Shown here: one piece after another, positions 24,901 to 36,095 of the stretch
Position numbering within the stretch: position 1 is the first letter of the stretch
Layout: each line of letters begins with the position of its first letter
Assembly (NCBI GenBank): GCA_964036045.1
Contig: OZ038378.1
Location: forward strand, 132,370,001-132,434,000
Length of the DNA: 64,000 bases
From: Eutreptiella sp. 'Long Island Sound 2002'
Taxonomy: Eukaryota > Protista > Euglenida
Direction of reading: 5' to 3'
Translations under genes and position numbers: made by a program
The notes under the pieces: model-generated
What the model was told of the DNA's origin: nothing
The model's database searches: none
Seen by the model: only the letters and a program-made list of their open reading frames with translations

Positions 24901-27900
24901 TCCCGTCTATTTCTTCCTCTTTTGTGTGCGACTACCTGTAGGGGTGAGAGCCGCATGCAGGAGCCTTAGGGCCTTTTAGCGCCTTTCCTTTGGGTTTCTC
25001 TTCCTTTGTTAATAGGCAGAGTGAGACGAGTGGCGCCACAACGCCCCAAAAGGATTGTGCCTCAGTCACGCGCGGGGGGCCTCAACCACCAAACCCCGCG
25101 TCAGTACACGGCCTCTAACCACCAAAGTCACAGCTAACAGGACTACCGAAATTCACTGCCGGTTGGCGGCTAATGAGACATTGCCGAAGGGGGAGGGGTG
25201 CTTTTGTGTTGATTCGAGCCGTCTAGCCCGGTCTATGGCCAATTTACTTTCCCAAAATTGCCTTTTTTAGCTTGTTTGGAGACAAACTTCAAGACGATCG
25301 TCCTGAAAGTTGAGGAGCATCACCAGTGTCTCTTGAAGCCACTAGTCAAGTAGCTTAAAATGACCGCCATGACAGATAAACACATAGTAACAAAGGAATT
25401 GGGTACGTGTCTACTCATGTGCGCTCGCACACACACACACACACACATACATGCACGCACACACTTTGACATGGTCACACGCACCCCCCCCCTTCAAGGC
25501 TTAGTGGTGGTGGGGGGATGTCGATCCTTTTGTGACATGAATTTCACCCGTGGGGGGGGGGGGCTTGAGAACCACTTGGGGGGGTTTCCTTCTTTGTTAC
25601 ACAGGTCACCCCGAATGCACTGAAGGATACGATGAAAATACAGTAAAAAAAGATACACGTGTTCGATGATATGCTATGCAGCGTTGTGGTGTGTTATCGT
25701 CTCGTACAGTGGGAAGTGATGTCATGTGGTGTGGTGTGGTGTGGTGTGCCGTGTTGTGCTGCGTTGTACTCTTTTTGTGGTGTGTGACCTGCTGTGGTGT
25801 TTTGTACGATGTAGTGGTGTAGTGTGTTGTGGTCACATGAGGTGCCCCGTGCTGTGTTGTGTTGCAATGTGGTGTGGTCTGGTGTCATGTGGTGCGGTGT
25901 GCCGCGCTGGGGTGTGCTGTGGTGACATGTGGTGTGTCATCTACTACGGTGTGATGTTTTGTGCTTTCGAGTACTGTGTGTCGTGGTCGTTTTAGGTGCT
26001 GTGTTGTGTTTTGGGTTCATTTTCGAAATAGTGGCGTTCTAGGAAGCCTTTCTAGCGGTGTTACGGCGAGGCCCCACTGCAACAGTGCTAGAACGGTGCT
26101 AGAAGGATAAACAAAATAACTCGCCACGCAACGAAACAACAACACACAATACGATAGGTCCCAACATGACATGACACAACACGGCACACGACAACACACA
26201 ACATGACACAACACAACACGTAATGACAAGGCCGGACATTACAACACACAGTAGCACATGACACGACACGACGACAGTCGACGCAAAAACAAAACGCAAC
26301 ATCAGCGCAATGTGTTACGCACAACAATATTTGGTTGTTGCAACCAAGCGGTTGAAGTGCAGTTTTCGGAAGTGCTGCGGTATGTTGTGGTGTGTGACCT
26401 GCTGTGCTGCGTTGTGCTGGGGGGTATTGTGTGGTGGTCACATGAGGTGCATGGTGGCGTGCTGTGTTGTCACATGTTGTGATCCCGCGTCATGTGTTGT
26501 GGTCTAGTTTCATGTGCAGTTGTCCTTTGTCATGTGGCGTGCTACCATGTGGTGTGCTGTGGTGTGGTGGGGTATCGTGCCATTCCAAGGGAGGGGGGGG
26601 ATTGTAATCATGTAATACTTTTGTTCTACCCGGGTTCTAGGGATCTGTTCTAGCGGCGTTCCACAGGCGATCTAGCGAGCGGCGCTAGATTGGTGCTAGA
26701 ACGTCGCTAGGACAGTTCCCTAGAAGGGTGCTAGAACAAGAATGTGAAATGCTTACTATCCCAGGCCCCTCCCTTTGAATGGCTGCAAATATGGGTGAGG
26801 CCACGGACACAACATCGGGGCGCATACAACACCATACCACATCACACAGCACATGGTTCAGACACCACAGAGCATGGCCAAACCGGCTAAACACCCATCA
26901 AACAACCCAACTTGCCAAACATCCCAACGTGCCAACAAGCCAAAGCAAGCAACCAACCAACACACCATTCAACCAACCAGGCAGCCAACCCTATTGCACA
27001 ATACCCCACCACACCCCACCACACCACATGACACCACACAACATGACACCAGACCACCGCACATGACACCCCACCACAGGTCATGACACCAAACCATTAC
27101 ACACCACAACGCACCTCATCTGACCACAACAAACTACCCGCCCCCCGCCCGCATAGTACAACACACCACATCAGATCACACATCACAACAAGGTACAACA
27201 CGCGACAACACACCACACCACACCACACCACACCACGCCATGTGACACCTGAGTACTCCCCAGCTCTACCCATAGGCTGGGTGCCGGGTGCGAAGCCCCC
27301 GACGGAAGGACCCGGTCACTGCCCTTAGAGAGTGTACTAACAGTGTCGGGTGCGTGCACGCCCCAAAGCCAAGCACCGTCTCCAGGGACCCCGCGGCCCC
27401 TAGTACCTCCCGCCTCGACCTTTGGAACGGTCAGCGACCCCTAGTGAGGACGGCTGGCCTAGCCTGCCCCTCCTCTCCTCCAGCCCCCCCCCCCCCCTGG
27501 CACACACGGCCCGCTGCAGACCTCTGCATGCGCCTCCCCCACACTGAGCGCCCCCCCTGCTGCCTGCCACCGCCCGTGTGCGCCCCCCATGGCTCCCACC
27601 CCACATGAGGGCCCCGCCGAACCCAAGCACGTGCCCCCTCTGCGCTAGTGCCGCTGCGCCCCCCGCCCCCCCCCCCCCCCGGCAAATGCCCCCGGCCCCC
27701 TCCGCCGCCCTTAATGGTGCCCAGCGCCGAGCCCCCAACACCCCCTGTCGCCCCCCTCCCATGTCCTAGTGCCCCACCCCCTACCTCAGGTGTGGTAGCT
27801 CACAACGTCGAGGCCCCTGTACCGGGGCTCCAGCGACACGGCGGGACCGGGACGGATATGGCGGGTGGGTGAGTGGGTGAGAGAGGCATGAGAGTGTGGG

Positions 27901-30900
27901 GCCCCAATGGGACGGCCTGCGCCGGGGCCCATACTTTCCCGTTCTAGTCTATTGTTCCCGTTTATTCCTTCCTCTTTTGTGTGCGACTACCTGTAGGGGT
28001 GAGAGCCGCATGAAGGAGCCTTAGGGCCTGTTAGCGCCTTTCCTTTGGGTTTCTCTTCCTTTGTTAATAGGCAGAGTGAGACGAGTGGCGCCACATCGCC
28101 CCAAAGGATTGTGGCTTAGTCACGCGCGGGGGGCCTCAACCACCAACCCCCGCGTCAGTACCCGGACTCTAACCACCAAAGTGACAGCTAAAAGGACTGC
28201 CGAAATTCACTGCCGGTTGGCGGCTAATGAGACGTTGCCGAAGGGTGAGGGGTGCTTTTGTGTTGATTCGAGCCGTCTAGCCCGGTCTATGGCCAATTCA
28301 CTTTCCCAAAATTGACTTTTTTAGCTTGTTTGGAGACAAATTTCAGGACGCTCGCCCTGAAAGTTCAGGAGCATCACCAGTGTCTCTTGAAGCCACTAGT
28401 CAAGTAGCTTAAAACGACCGCCATGACACATACACACATAGTAACAACCGAATTTTGTACATGTCTACTCCTGTGCGCTCGCACGCACACACACACATAC
28501 ACGCACACACTTTGACATAGTCACACGCACCCCCCCCCTTCAAGGCTTAGTGGTGGTGGGGGGATGTCGATCCTTTTGTGACAGGAATTTCACCCGGGGG
28601 GGGGGGGGCTTGAGAACCACTTGGGTAGTTTCCTTCTTTGTTTCACAGGTCACCCCAAATGCACTGGAGGATATGATGAAAATACAGTAAAAAAAGGTGC
28701 ACGTGTTCGATGATATGCTATGCAACGTTGTGGTGTGTTGTCGTCTCGTGAAGTGGGAAGTGGTGTCATGTGGTGTGGTGTGGTGTGGTGTGCCGTGTTG
28801 TGCTGAGTTGTACTCTTTTTGTGGTGTATGATCTTTTTTCTTTTTTGAAAACACATGCCTTGAGTCCTTAGTGCAAAGTTCCAATCCGAAAAGGGCCAAC
28901 CCATCATACAGCCAATCACCCACATCCCCGAGGGTCAGGGGTCAGTGTATGGGGGGGCCATACAGAGGAGGTACATGCTGAGAAAAGCGTAAATAAACAG
29001 GGTGGCATAATGCGGGTGATCGCCCCGTGCTGTGGGCCCTGAGGCCAAGGCAGCTAGTGGGGGTACCATGCATTCCGGCAGTGGCCAGTGCTGTGAGTCC
29101 CAGAGAATGAGGAGGGTAATGGTGGGGGAGGGAGGGAGATCGGGCAGGGAGTGGACATACAGCGGATCCATGCAGCGATACGGGCGTGGGGGGGGGGAGA
29201 GAGAGTGGCATTCCACTCACACGACAGCGATGTGGGCGTGAAAGGGCCATGTGAGGGCCAACCTGCCAATGGTTGGTGCAAAAATAGAGACATTGTAGGC
29301 AGAAACACTGAGACGGGGCATGGGGGACAGGCTCAGGCTGATCAGGCTGTATGTGGTCGCCAGGGGGTAGGCTAGGCAGGGCAGAGGTACAACAACACAA
29401 CAAACGGATGTCTTGCTCAGTGTCCAAGGGGGCTGAAGCAGGGTCCTGTGTGGGGGTGCCGGGGCTATGGGGCGTCATGCAGGGGCACAAGCAAATCAGA
29501 AACACCAGAAGAATGTCGAAATGGTGTATAAGCGCCGGTACAGAAACTTCTGTGATGCCCTGATGGCAATGCGCACATGCCATGTGTTAGTTTAAGACGG
29601 GGGCATGCTGACGAGATTGAATCGATCCGTGCCTCGCGTGCTCGGCTGCCTCCTGCAGAGATGTGGTGTATGATGTGATGTGGTGTTTTGTACGATGCAG
29701 TGGTGTAGTGTGTTGTGGTCACATGAGGTGCCCCGTGCTGTGTTGTGTTGCAATGTGGTGTGGTCTGGTGTCATGTGGTGCGGTGTGCCGCGCTGGGGTG
29801 TGCTGTGGTGACATGTGGTGTGTCATCTACTACGGTGTGATGTTTTGTGCGTTCTAGGAAGCCTTTCTAGCGTTGTTCCGGCGAGGCTCCACTACAACAG
29901 TGCTAGAACGGTGCTGGAAAGAGAAACAACATCACTCGCCACGCAACAAAACAACAACACACAACACGACAGGTCCCAACATGACATGACACAACACGGC
30001 ACACGACAACACACAACATGACACAACACAACACGGCATGACAAGGCCGGACATTACAACACACAGTAGCACATGACACGACATGACAACAGTCGACGCA
30101 AAAACAAAACGCAACATCAGCGCAATGTGTTACGCAGATCAATATTGGGCTGTTGCAACCAAGCGGTTGAAGTGCAGTTTTCGGAAGTGCTGCGGTATGT
30201 TGTTGTGTGTGATCTGCTCTGCTGCGTTGTGCTGGGGGGTATTGTGTGGTGGTCACATGAGGTGCATGGTGGTGCGCTGTGATGTCACGTGTTGTGATCC
30301 GGCGTCATGTGTTGTGGTCTAGTGTCATGTGCACTTGTCCTTTGTCATGTGGTGTGCTGCCATGTGGTGTGCTGTGGTGTGGTAGGGTATCGTGCCATTC
30401 CAAGGGAGGGGGGAATTGTAACCATCTAATAGTTTTGTTCTAGCCGGGTTCTAGGGATCTGTTCTAGCGGCGTTCCACAGGCGATCTAGCGAGCGGCGCT
30501 AGATTGGTACTAGAACGTCGCTACGACAGTTCCCTAGAAGGCTGCTAGAACAAGAATGTGAAATGCTTACTATCCCAGCCCCCTCCCTTTGAATGGCTGC
30601 AAATATATGTGTGGCCACGGACACAACATCGGGGCGCATACAACACCATACCACAGCACACACCACATGGTGCAGACACCACAGGGCATGGCCAAACCGG
30701 CTAAACACCCATCAAACAACCCAACTTGCCAAACATCCCAACGTGCCAACAAGCCAAAGCAAGCAAGCAACCAACACACCATTCAACCAACCAGGCAGCC
30801 AACGCTATTGCACAATACCCCACCACACCCCACCACACCACATCACACCACACCACATGACACCAGACCACCGCACATGACACCCCACCACGGGTCATGA

Positions 30901-32022
30901 CACCAAACCATTACACACCACAACGCACCTCATCTGACCACAACAAACTACCCCCCCCCCCGTCCGCATAGTACAACACACCACAACAAGGTACAACACG
31001 CCACAACACACCACACCACACCACGCAACGCCATGTGACACCTGAGTACTCCCCAGCTCTACCCATGGGCTGGGTGCCGGGTGCGAAGCCCCCGACGGCA
31101 GGGCCCGGTCACTGCCCTTAGAGAGTGTACTAACAGTGTCGGGTGCCTGCACGCCCCAGTGCCAAGCACCATGTCCAGGGACCCCGCGGCCCCTAGTACC
31201 TCACGCCTCGACCTTGGGAACGGTCAGCGACCCCTAGTGAGGACAGCTGGCCTAGCCCCCGCCTCCTCTCCTCCAGCGCCCCCTGCCCCCCCGCACACAC
31301 GGCCCGCTGCACAGCTCTGCATGCGCCTCCCCCACACTGAGCGCCCCCTTGCCGCCGCCACCGCCTGTGTGCGCCCCCGATGGCTCCCACCCCACATGAG
31401 GGCCCCGCCACACCCCCTCTGCGCTAGTGCTGCTCCGCCCCCCGCCGCCCCCTCTGCAAATGCCCCCCCCCCCCTCTGCCGCCCTTAAGGGCGGCCAGCG
31501 CCGAGCCCCCAACACCCCCTGTCGCCCCCCTCCCATGTCCCAAGCCCCACCCCCTACCTCAGGTGTGGCAGCTCACAACGTCGAGGCCCCCGTACCGGGG
31601 CTCCAGCGACACGGCGGAACCGGGACGGGTATGGCGGGTGTGTGACTGGGTGAGAGAGGCATGAAAGTGTGGGGCCCCGATGGGACGGCCTGCGCCGGGG
31701 CCCATACTTTCCTGTTCTAGTTTATTGCTCCCGTTTATTCCTTCCTCTTTTGTGTGCGACTACCTGTAGGGGTGAGAGCCGCATGCAGGAGCCTTAGGGC
31801 CTGTTAGCGCCTTTCCTTTGGGTTTCTCTTCCTTTGTTAATAGGCAGAGTGAGACGAGTGGCACCAGTGGCTCAGTCACGCGCGGGGGGCCTCAACCACC
31901 AACCCCCGCGTCAGTACCCGGCCCGCTCCTGACCCAGCCTCTAACCGCCAAGGTGACAGCTAAGAGGGCTGCTGAAATTCGGTGCCGCTTGGCAGCTGGA
32001 GAGACATTGCCGAAGGGGGAGG
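21900..32022. repeat. Three tandem copies of a ~3.0-3.3-kb composite unit with TGTGG/CACCA pentamer microsatellite blocks in alternating orientation
   Basis: The anchor gattcgagccgtctagcc occurs at 21909, 25211 and 28265. Triplicated ORFs, e.g. 24228/27288/31081. Confidence 0.97.
28833..29661 (-). mobile_element. 5'-truncated LINE insertion with a 13-bp target-site duplication
   Basis: Absent from units 1 and 2. TSD TGTGGTGTATGAT at 28820-28832 and 29662-29674. A-rich tail at the low-coordinate end; CAHCHQ...HH knuckle remnant. Confidence 0.9.
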
Positions 32023-33111
32023 TGTTCCTGCAATCCCTTAGAATGGGCAGGGTGGCCCCGCTGGTGGAGCGTATCGAGGCCACTCCGCGCCTGCGCCGCG
32101 CGGACCTAGCTTTGCTATAAGGTGAGTTCATGGAGAATGTGCGCGTACGAGAGCCCGCATCACCAGAACACTTCCTCCCGTCCGGTTGGACGCCCCCAAG
32201 GCATGGTATCCAATTATCCTTTGAGTATGGGTAAGGTATAAGGCCCCCCGGCCACCACCCCATCGCCCACAGCAGGGAGGGCGTGGTAACAGTCCCCGAT
32301 CCCCCAAGGGCAGCCCCAATGGTGAGCGCACCACCGGAAGGGGCATGTCTGCAGGGTAATCTGGTATATTACCTAAATAACGCAATCCCCCTCCCTTTAC
32401 TGCCGTAAATGATGCTTAAAGGGCTAAAGAGCACCCCCCATGCCGAGGTAAGTGCGTCCCCCAGAGCCGGACTCAACCGACCGCGTTGGGGCGAGCCCGA
32501 AGTCTGGGTATGACCGGCCACACTTTAAGTGCTGGTGGTCACGCATCTTCGCTTCCGGGCGGGCTTAAATTGAACAAGGGGGCCCTAAGTACCATACTGT
32601 TCGGGAGTTAAGCCCCGGTAGGACGTAGGGTTTGGATTAAGAGGACTCACGTAGAGTCCCTGCTACTGCTACCCCGGAGTTATGGCCACCGATATTGCCT
32701 GCTTACTTCGCCTGCTTGCTGCTCACGATAGCTGCGGAGGGGTGCAAGGCTAACCCATCATAGGGCTCACGGAGGCGGGGAGTTAGTACGGTCTTTCGAC
32801 CGGAGAACCCAGCCCGGGGCTCTGCTGGTGGGGCGGCCCGACGCCGAAACGGGAAGGGACCTCCGATCAGGGCCAGTCGCAGCAACGGCCGCCAACTGGA
32901 AAGGGCTTTGAGGCTCCCCAACCGGCGAGCACGCGCCGCTGCAGACTACTGCCCCCTGGCGGCACCCACTTGGAACCAGCCGCCGTCTGAGTAGGGCCCC
33001 GTGCCCCCGAGGCCACTGGGCCCGGGCCTTGGGGACGACAGCCCCTCGGAGGCCATCCTTGAACACCCGCCACCGCCTGGACACGACTCCCCGTCGCCAC
33101 AACGGAGTGCA

Positions 33112-34058
33112 GCCCGGGCACACCAGCCCGAGGGGACGGGAGATCGTGCCCAGGCGGTGGTTGGCGCTTAAAGAGGGTTGGCGGGGGCAGCCTAGGCACA
33201 CCAGCCTGAGAGGACACCGCGACCAGCCCAGGCGGTGGTTGGTGCTCTAAAGGGGCCCGGCGGGGGGCAGCCCGGGCACACCAGCTTGAGGGGAGAGGGT
33301 GTCCTGCCCAAGCGGTGGTCGGTGCTCAAAAGAGGGCTGGCGGGGGCCCGCCCAGGCACACGAGCCTGAAGGGACAAGGGAACTGCCCAGGCGGTGGTCG
33401 GTGCTTAAAAGAGGGCCGGTGGGTGGAAGCCCGGGCACACCGGCCTAAGGGGACGGGGAGCCGCGCCCAGGCAGTGGTCCGTGCTCATATAGGGCCGGCA
33501 GGGCGCAGCCTGGGTACACCAGCTGGCCCTCTTCCAGCGCCGACCATCGACTGGGCACGACTCCCCGTTCCCTCAGGTTGGTGTGCCCGGGCTACCCCCG
33601 CCAGCCCTCTTTAAGCACCGACCACCAGCTGAGCACGACTCCCAGTCCCCTTAACCCGGTGTGCCCGCGCAGCCCCCCGCCGGTCCTCTTTTGAGCACCG
33701 ACCACCGCCTAGGCAGACCCCCAGTCCCCTCAGGCTGGTGTACCCGGGCTGCCCCACGCCGGCCCTCCATAAGCACTGACCACCACCTGGGCACAACCCC
33801 CCGTCCCGTCAGGCTGGTGTGCCCGGGTGGCCCTCCGCCGGCCCTGTTTAAGCACCGACCACCACTTGGGCACGACTCCCCGTCCCCTCAAGCGGGTGGG
33901 CCCGGGTTGCTCACCGGCAGCCCACTTTTGAGCACCGACCACTGCCTGGGCAGGAACCCGTGTCCCCTTAGGCTGGTGTGCCCGGGCTAAGCCCAGTATG
34001 CCCTCTTTTGAGCACCAACCACCGCCTGGGAAGGTCCCCCTATCCCCTCATGCTGGTC
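33112..34058. repeat. Fold-back array of ~79-bp units (~5 forward, then ~7 reverse)
   Basis: Forward units start at 33112, 33190, 33270, 33350, 33429 and 33508. Reverse-complement units end at ~33592, 33670, 33749, 33828, 33907 and 33988. Confidence 0.92.
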
Positions 34059-34429
34059 TGAAACCACGGCTTGCTCCCGAAACCCCCCCCCTTAGTCATT
34101 GAGCTCCCAGTCGAGGGCTCGGGCAACTGAGGGCGATGCGCTTGGAGAGGCGCGACTGGCGCGGCCCCTTGTGGGGCACGCCGTGGCGGCTCCAGTGGCC
34201 AGTGAGCGGGGCTTGCCCACGGAGGATGCTTGGGAGCGCCCTGAGGTGGGGGAGGGGCTGGCCAAGCCAGCGCAGAGCTGCTGCGTGGCTCAGAGCGCGT
34301 GGCCCCTTGTGCCCCCAGTGGGGCTGGTGGGGGTGGTGCAGCCAGTGCTGCCCCCAGGGCCTCGGTCTCGGTCATCTCGTCCTGCAGACAAGGATGCGCG
34401 AGAGAGGCCAACCCTACCCAGACACTTTG

Positions 34430-34539
34430 TTCCGGCGACGTTCCAACAACCTGTTCCAGCGACGGTCTGGCGACGTTCCAGTGGCCGCTGGAACGTCGCC
34501 AGAACGTCGCCCGAGCAGGTTGTTGGAACGTCGCCAGAA
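34430..34539. repeat. ~110-bp imperfect palindrome (GGCGACGTTCC motif)
   Basis: The arms ttccggcgacgttccaacaacctg...tctggcgacgttccag and ctggaacgtcgccaga...caggttgttggaacgtcgccagaa are reverse complements. Confidence 0.92.
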
Positions 34540-34632
34540 CAGTGGAAAATAGACACAGTTCCGCGCGCGCACAAGGCGCACTGCGTGCATCACGGCCCCA
34601 TGGGGGGGGGGGGCATCCACTACAAATGGCAC

Positions 34633-35432
34633 AATTCTAGCCCCTTTATGGGCATGGGGCAAGAACAATGACTGGGGGGTTCTTGGGTTTTCCCCTTCCC
34701 ATCAACAACAAAGAATCCTAGCCCCTTTATGGGCATGGGGCAAGAACAATGACTGGGGGGTTCTCGGGTTTTCCCCTTCCCATCAACAACAAAGAACCCT
34801 GACCCCTTTATGGGCATGGGGCAAGAACAATGACTGGGGGGTTCTCGGGTTTTCCCCTTCCCATCAACAACAAAGAATCCTAGCCCCTTTATGGGCATGG
34901 GGCAAGAACAATGACTGGGGGGTTCTCGGGTTTTCCCCTTCCCATCAACAACAAAGAATCCTAGCCCGTTTATGGGCATGGGGCAAGAACAATGACTGGG
35001 GGGTTTTCGGGTTTTCCCCTTCCCATCAACAACAAAGAATCCTAGCCCCTTTATGGGCATGGGGCAAGAACAATGACTGGGGGGTTCTCGGGTTTTCCCC
35101 TTCCCATCAACAACAAAGAATCCTAGCCCCTTTATGGGCATGGGGCACGAACAATGACTGGGGGGTTCTCGGGTTTTTCCCTTCCCTTCAACAACAAAGA
35201 ATCCTAGCCCGTTTATGGGCATGGGGCAAGAACAATGACTGGGGGGTTCTCGGGCTTTCCCCTTCCCATCAATAACAAAGAATCCTAGCCCCTTTATGCG
35301 CATGGGGCAAGAACAATGACTGGGGGGTTCTCTGGTTTTCCCCTTCCCATCAACAACAAAGAATCCTAGCCCCTTTATGGGCATGGGGCAAGAACAATTA
35401 CTGGGGGGTTCTCGGGTTTTCCCCTTCCCATC
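34633..35432. repeat. 81-bp minisatellite, ~10 near-identical copies
   Basis: Unit starts at 34633, 34714, ...; it translates as a 27-aa repeat [27 protein letters not shown]. Confidence 0.98.
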
Positions 35433-35565
35433 CATATTCATCAAATTCCTAAAGGGCAAAGAGCGAAATGGACACAGGGGGGAGCGGGGGGAGCAGGGCA
35501 ACACACAAGACACACAAACCCAACGCACTGATTTCCACTGCGCGCAAAGCGCGCCAAAGCATACA

Positions 35566-35757
35566 CCCAAACCCAAACCCAAACCCAGGCCCAAACCAAA
35601 ACCCGCACCCGAACCCACACCGAAACCCCAGCCCAACCCCAAGCCCAAACCCACACCCAAGCCCAAACCCACACCGAGGCCCAAGCCCAAACGCGAGCCC
35701 AAACCCCCACCCAAGCCCAAACCCGCACCCGAACCCAAACCCGCACCCAAGCCCGAC
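35566..35757. repeat. Degenerate hexamer array (CCCAAA/CCCAAG/CCCGAA-like)
   Basis: 6-bp periodicity; translates as PKPKP or GLGLG. Confidence 0.9.
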
Positions 35758-36095
35758 CGCATTTGCAAACCTGAATATTCTTGGTGGCCTTCAGAAGCGC
35801 CAACATCATTTGCATCATATCTGCGCTGACGGGCACGGCCATGGATAGGAGCAGAAGAAAGAAGAGAGCCGAGGAACGGCGGCGGTGCAGAGGGGGTGGT
35901 CTCTAGTGCAGCTCTGGGAACACAAGGCACATGTCGAACAGCATCATGTTGGTGGGGATGAATGTGAGAGTACAAGAAAACCCATTGCAACACTTGCCGC
36001 AGGGCGTCGGCGTCCGAATCACTGGATGCCTGCGAGCGACCGCAGCTGGCGGTCCCAGTAACCGTTTGCCGGCCACCGCCCCGGGCACTGTGCTC

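Larger units (their letters stand above)
34382..35770 (-). other. Candidate 1389-nt GT-AG intron holding the hexamer, 81-bp and palindrome repeats
   Basis: Donor CAG|GTTTGC at 35770 and acceptor TGTCTGCAG|GAC at 34382. All three repeat types lie between them. Confidence 0.55.

Noticed and set aside
22279-31152. Numerous Cys/Val- or His/Thr-rich ORFs
   Set aside because: They are translations of TGTGG/CACCA pentamer microsatellites.
34633-35432. 81-bp array as a CRISPR or as a real 27-aa repeat protein
   Set aside because: There are no unique spacers. The open frame follows from a stop-free unit, and the array lies in a plausible intron.
35566-35757. Interstitial telomere
   Set aside because: The units are heterogeneous (CCCAAA, CCCAAG, CCCGAA, CCCGCA) and none is CCCTAA.
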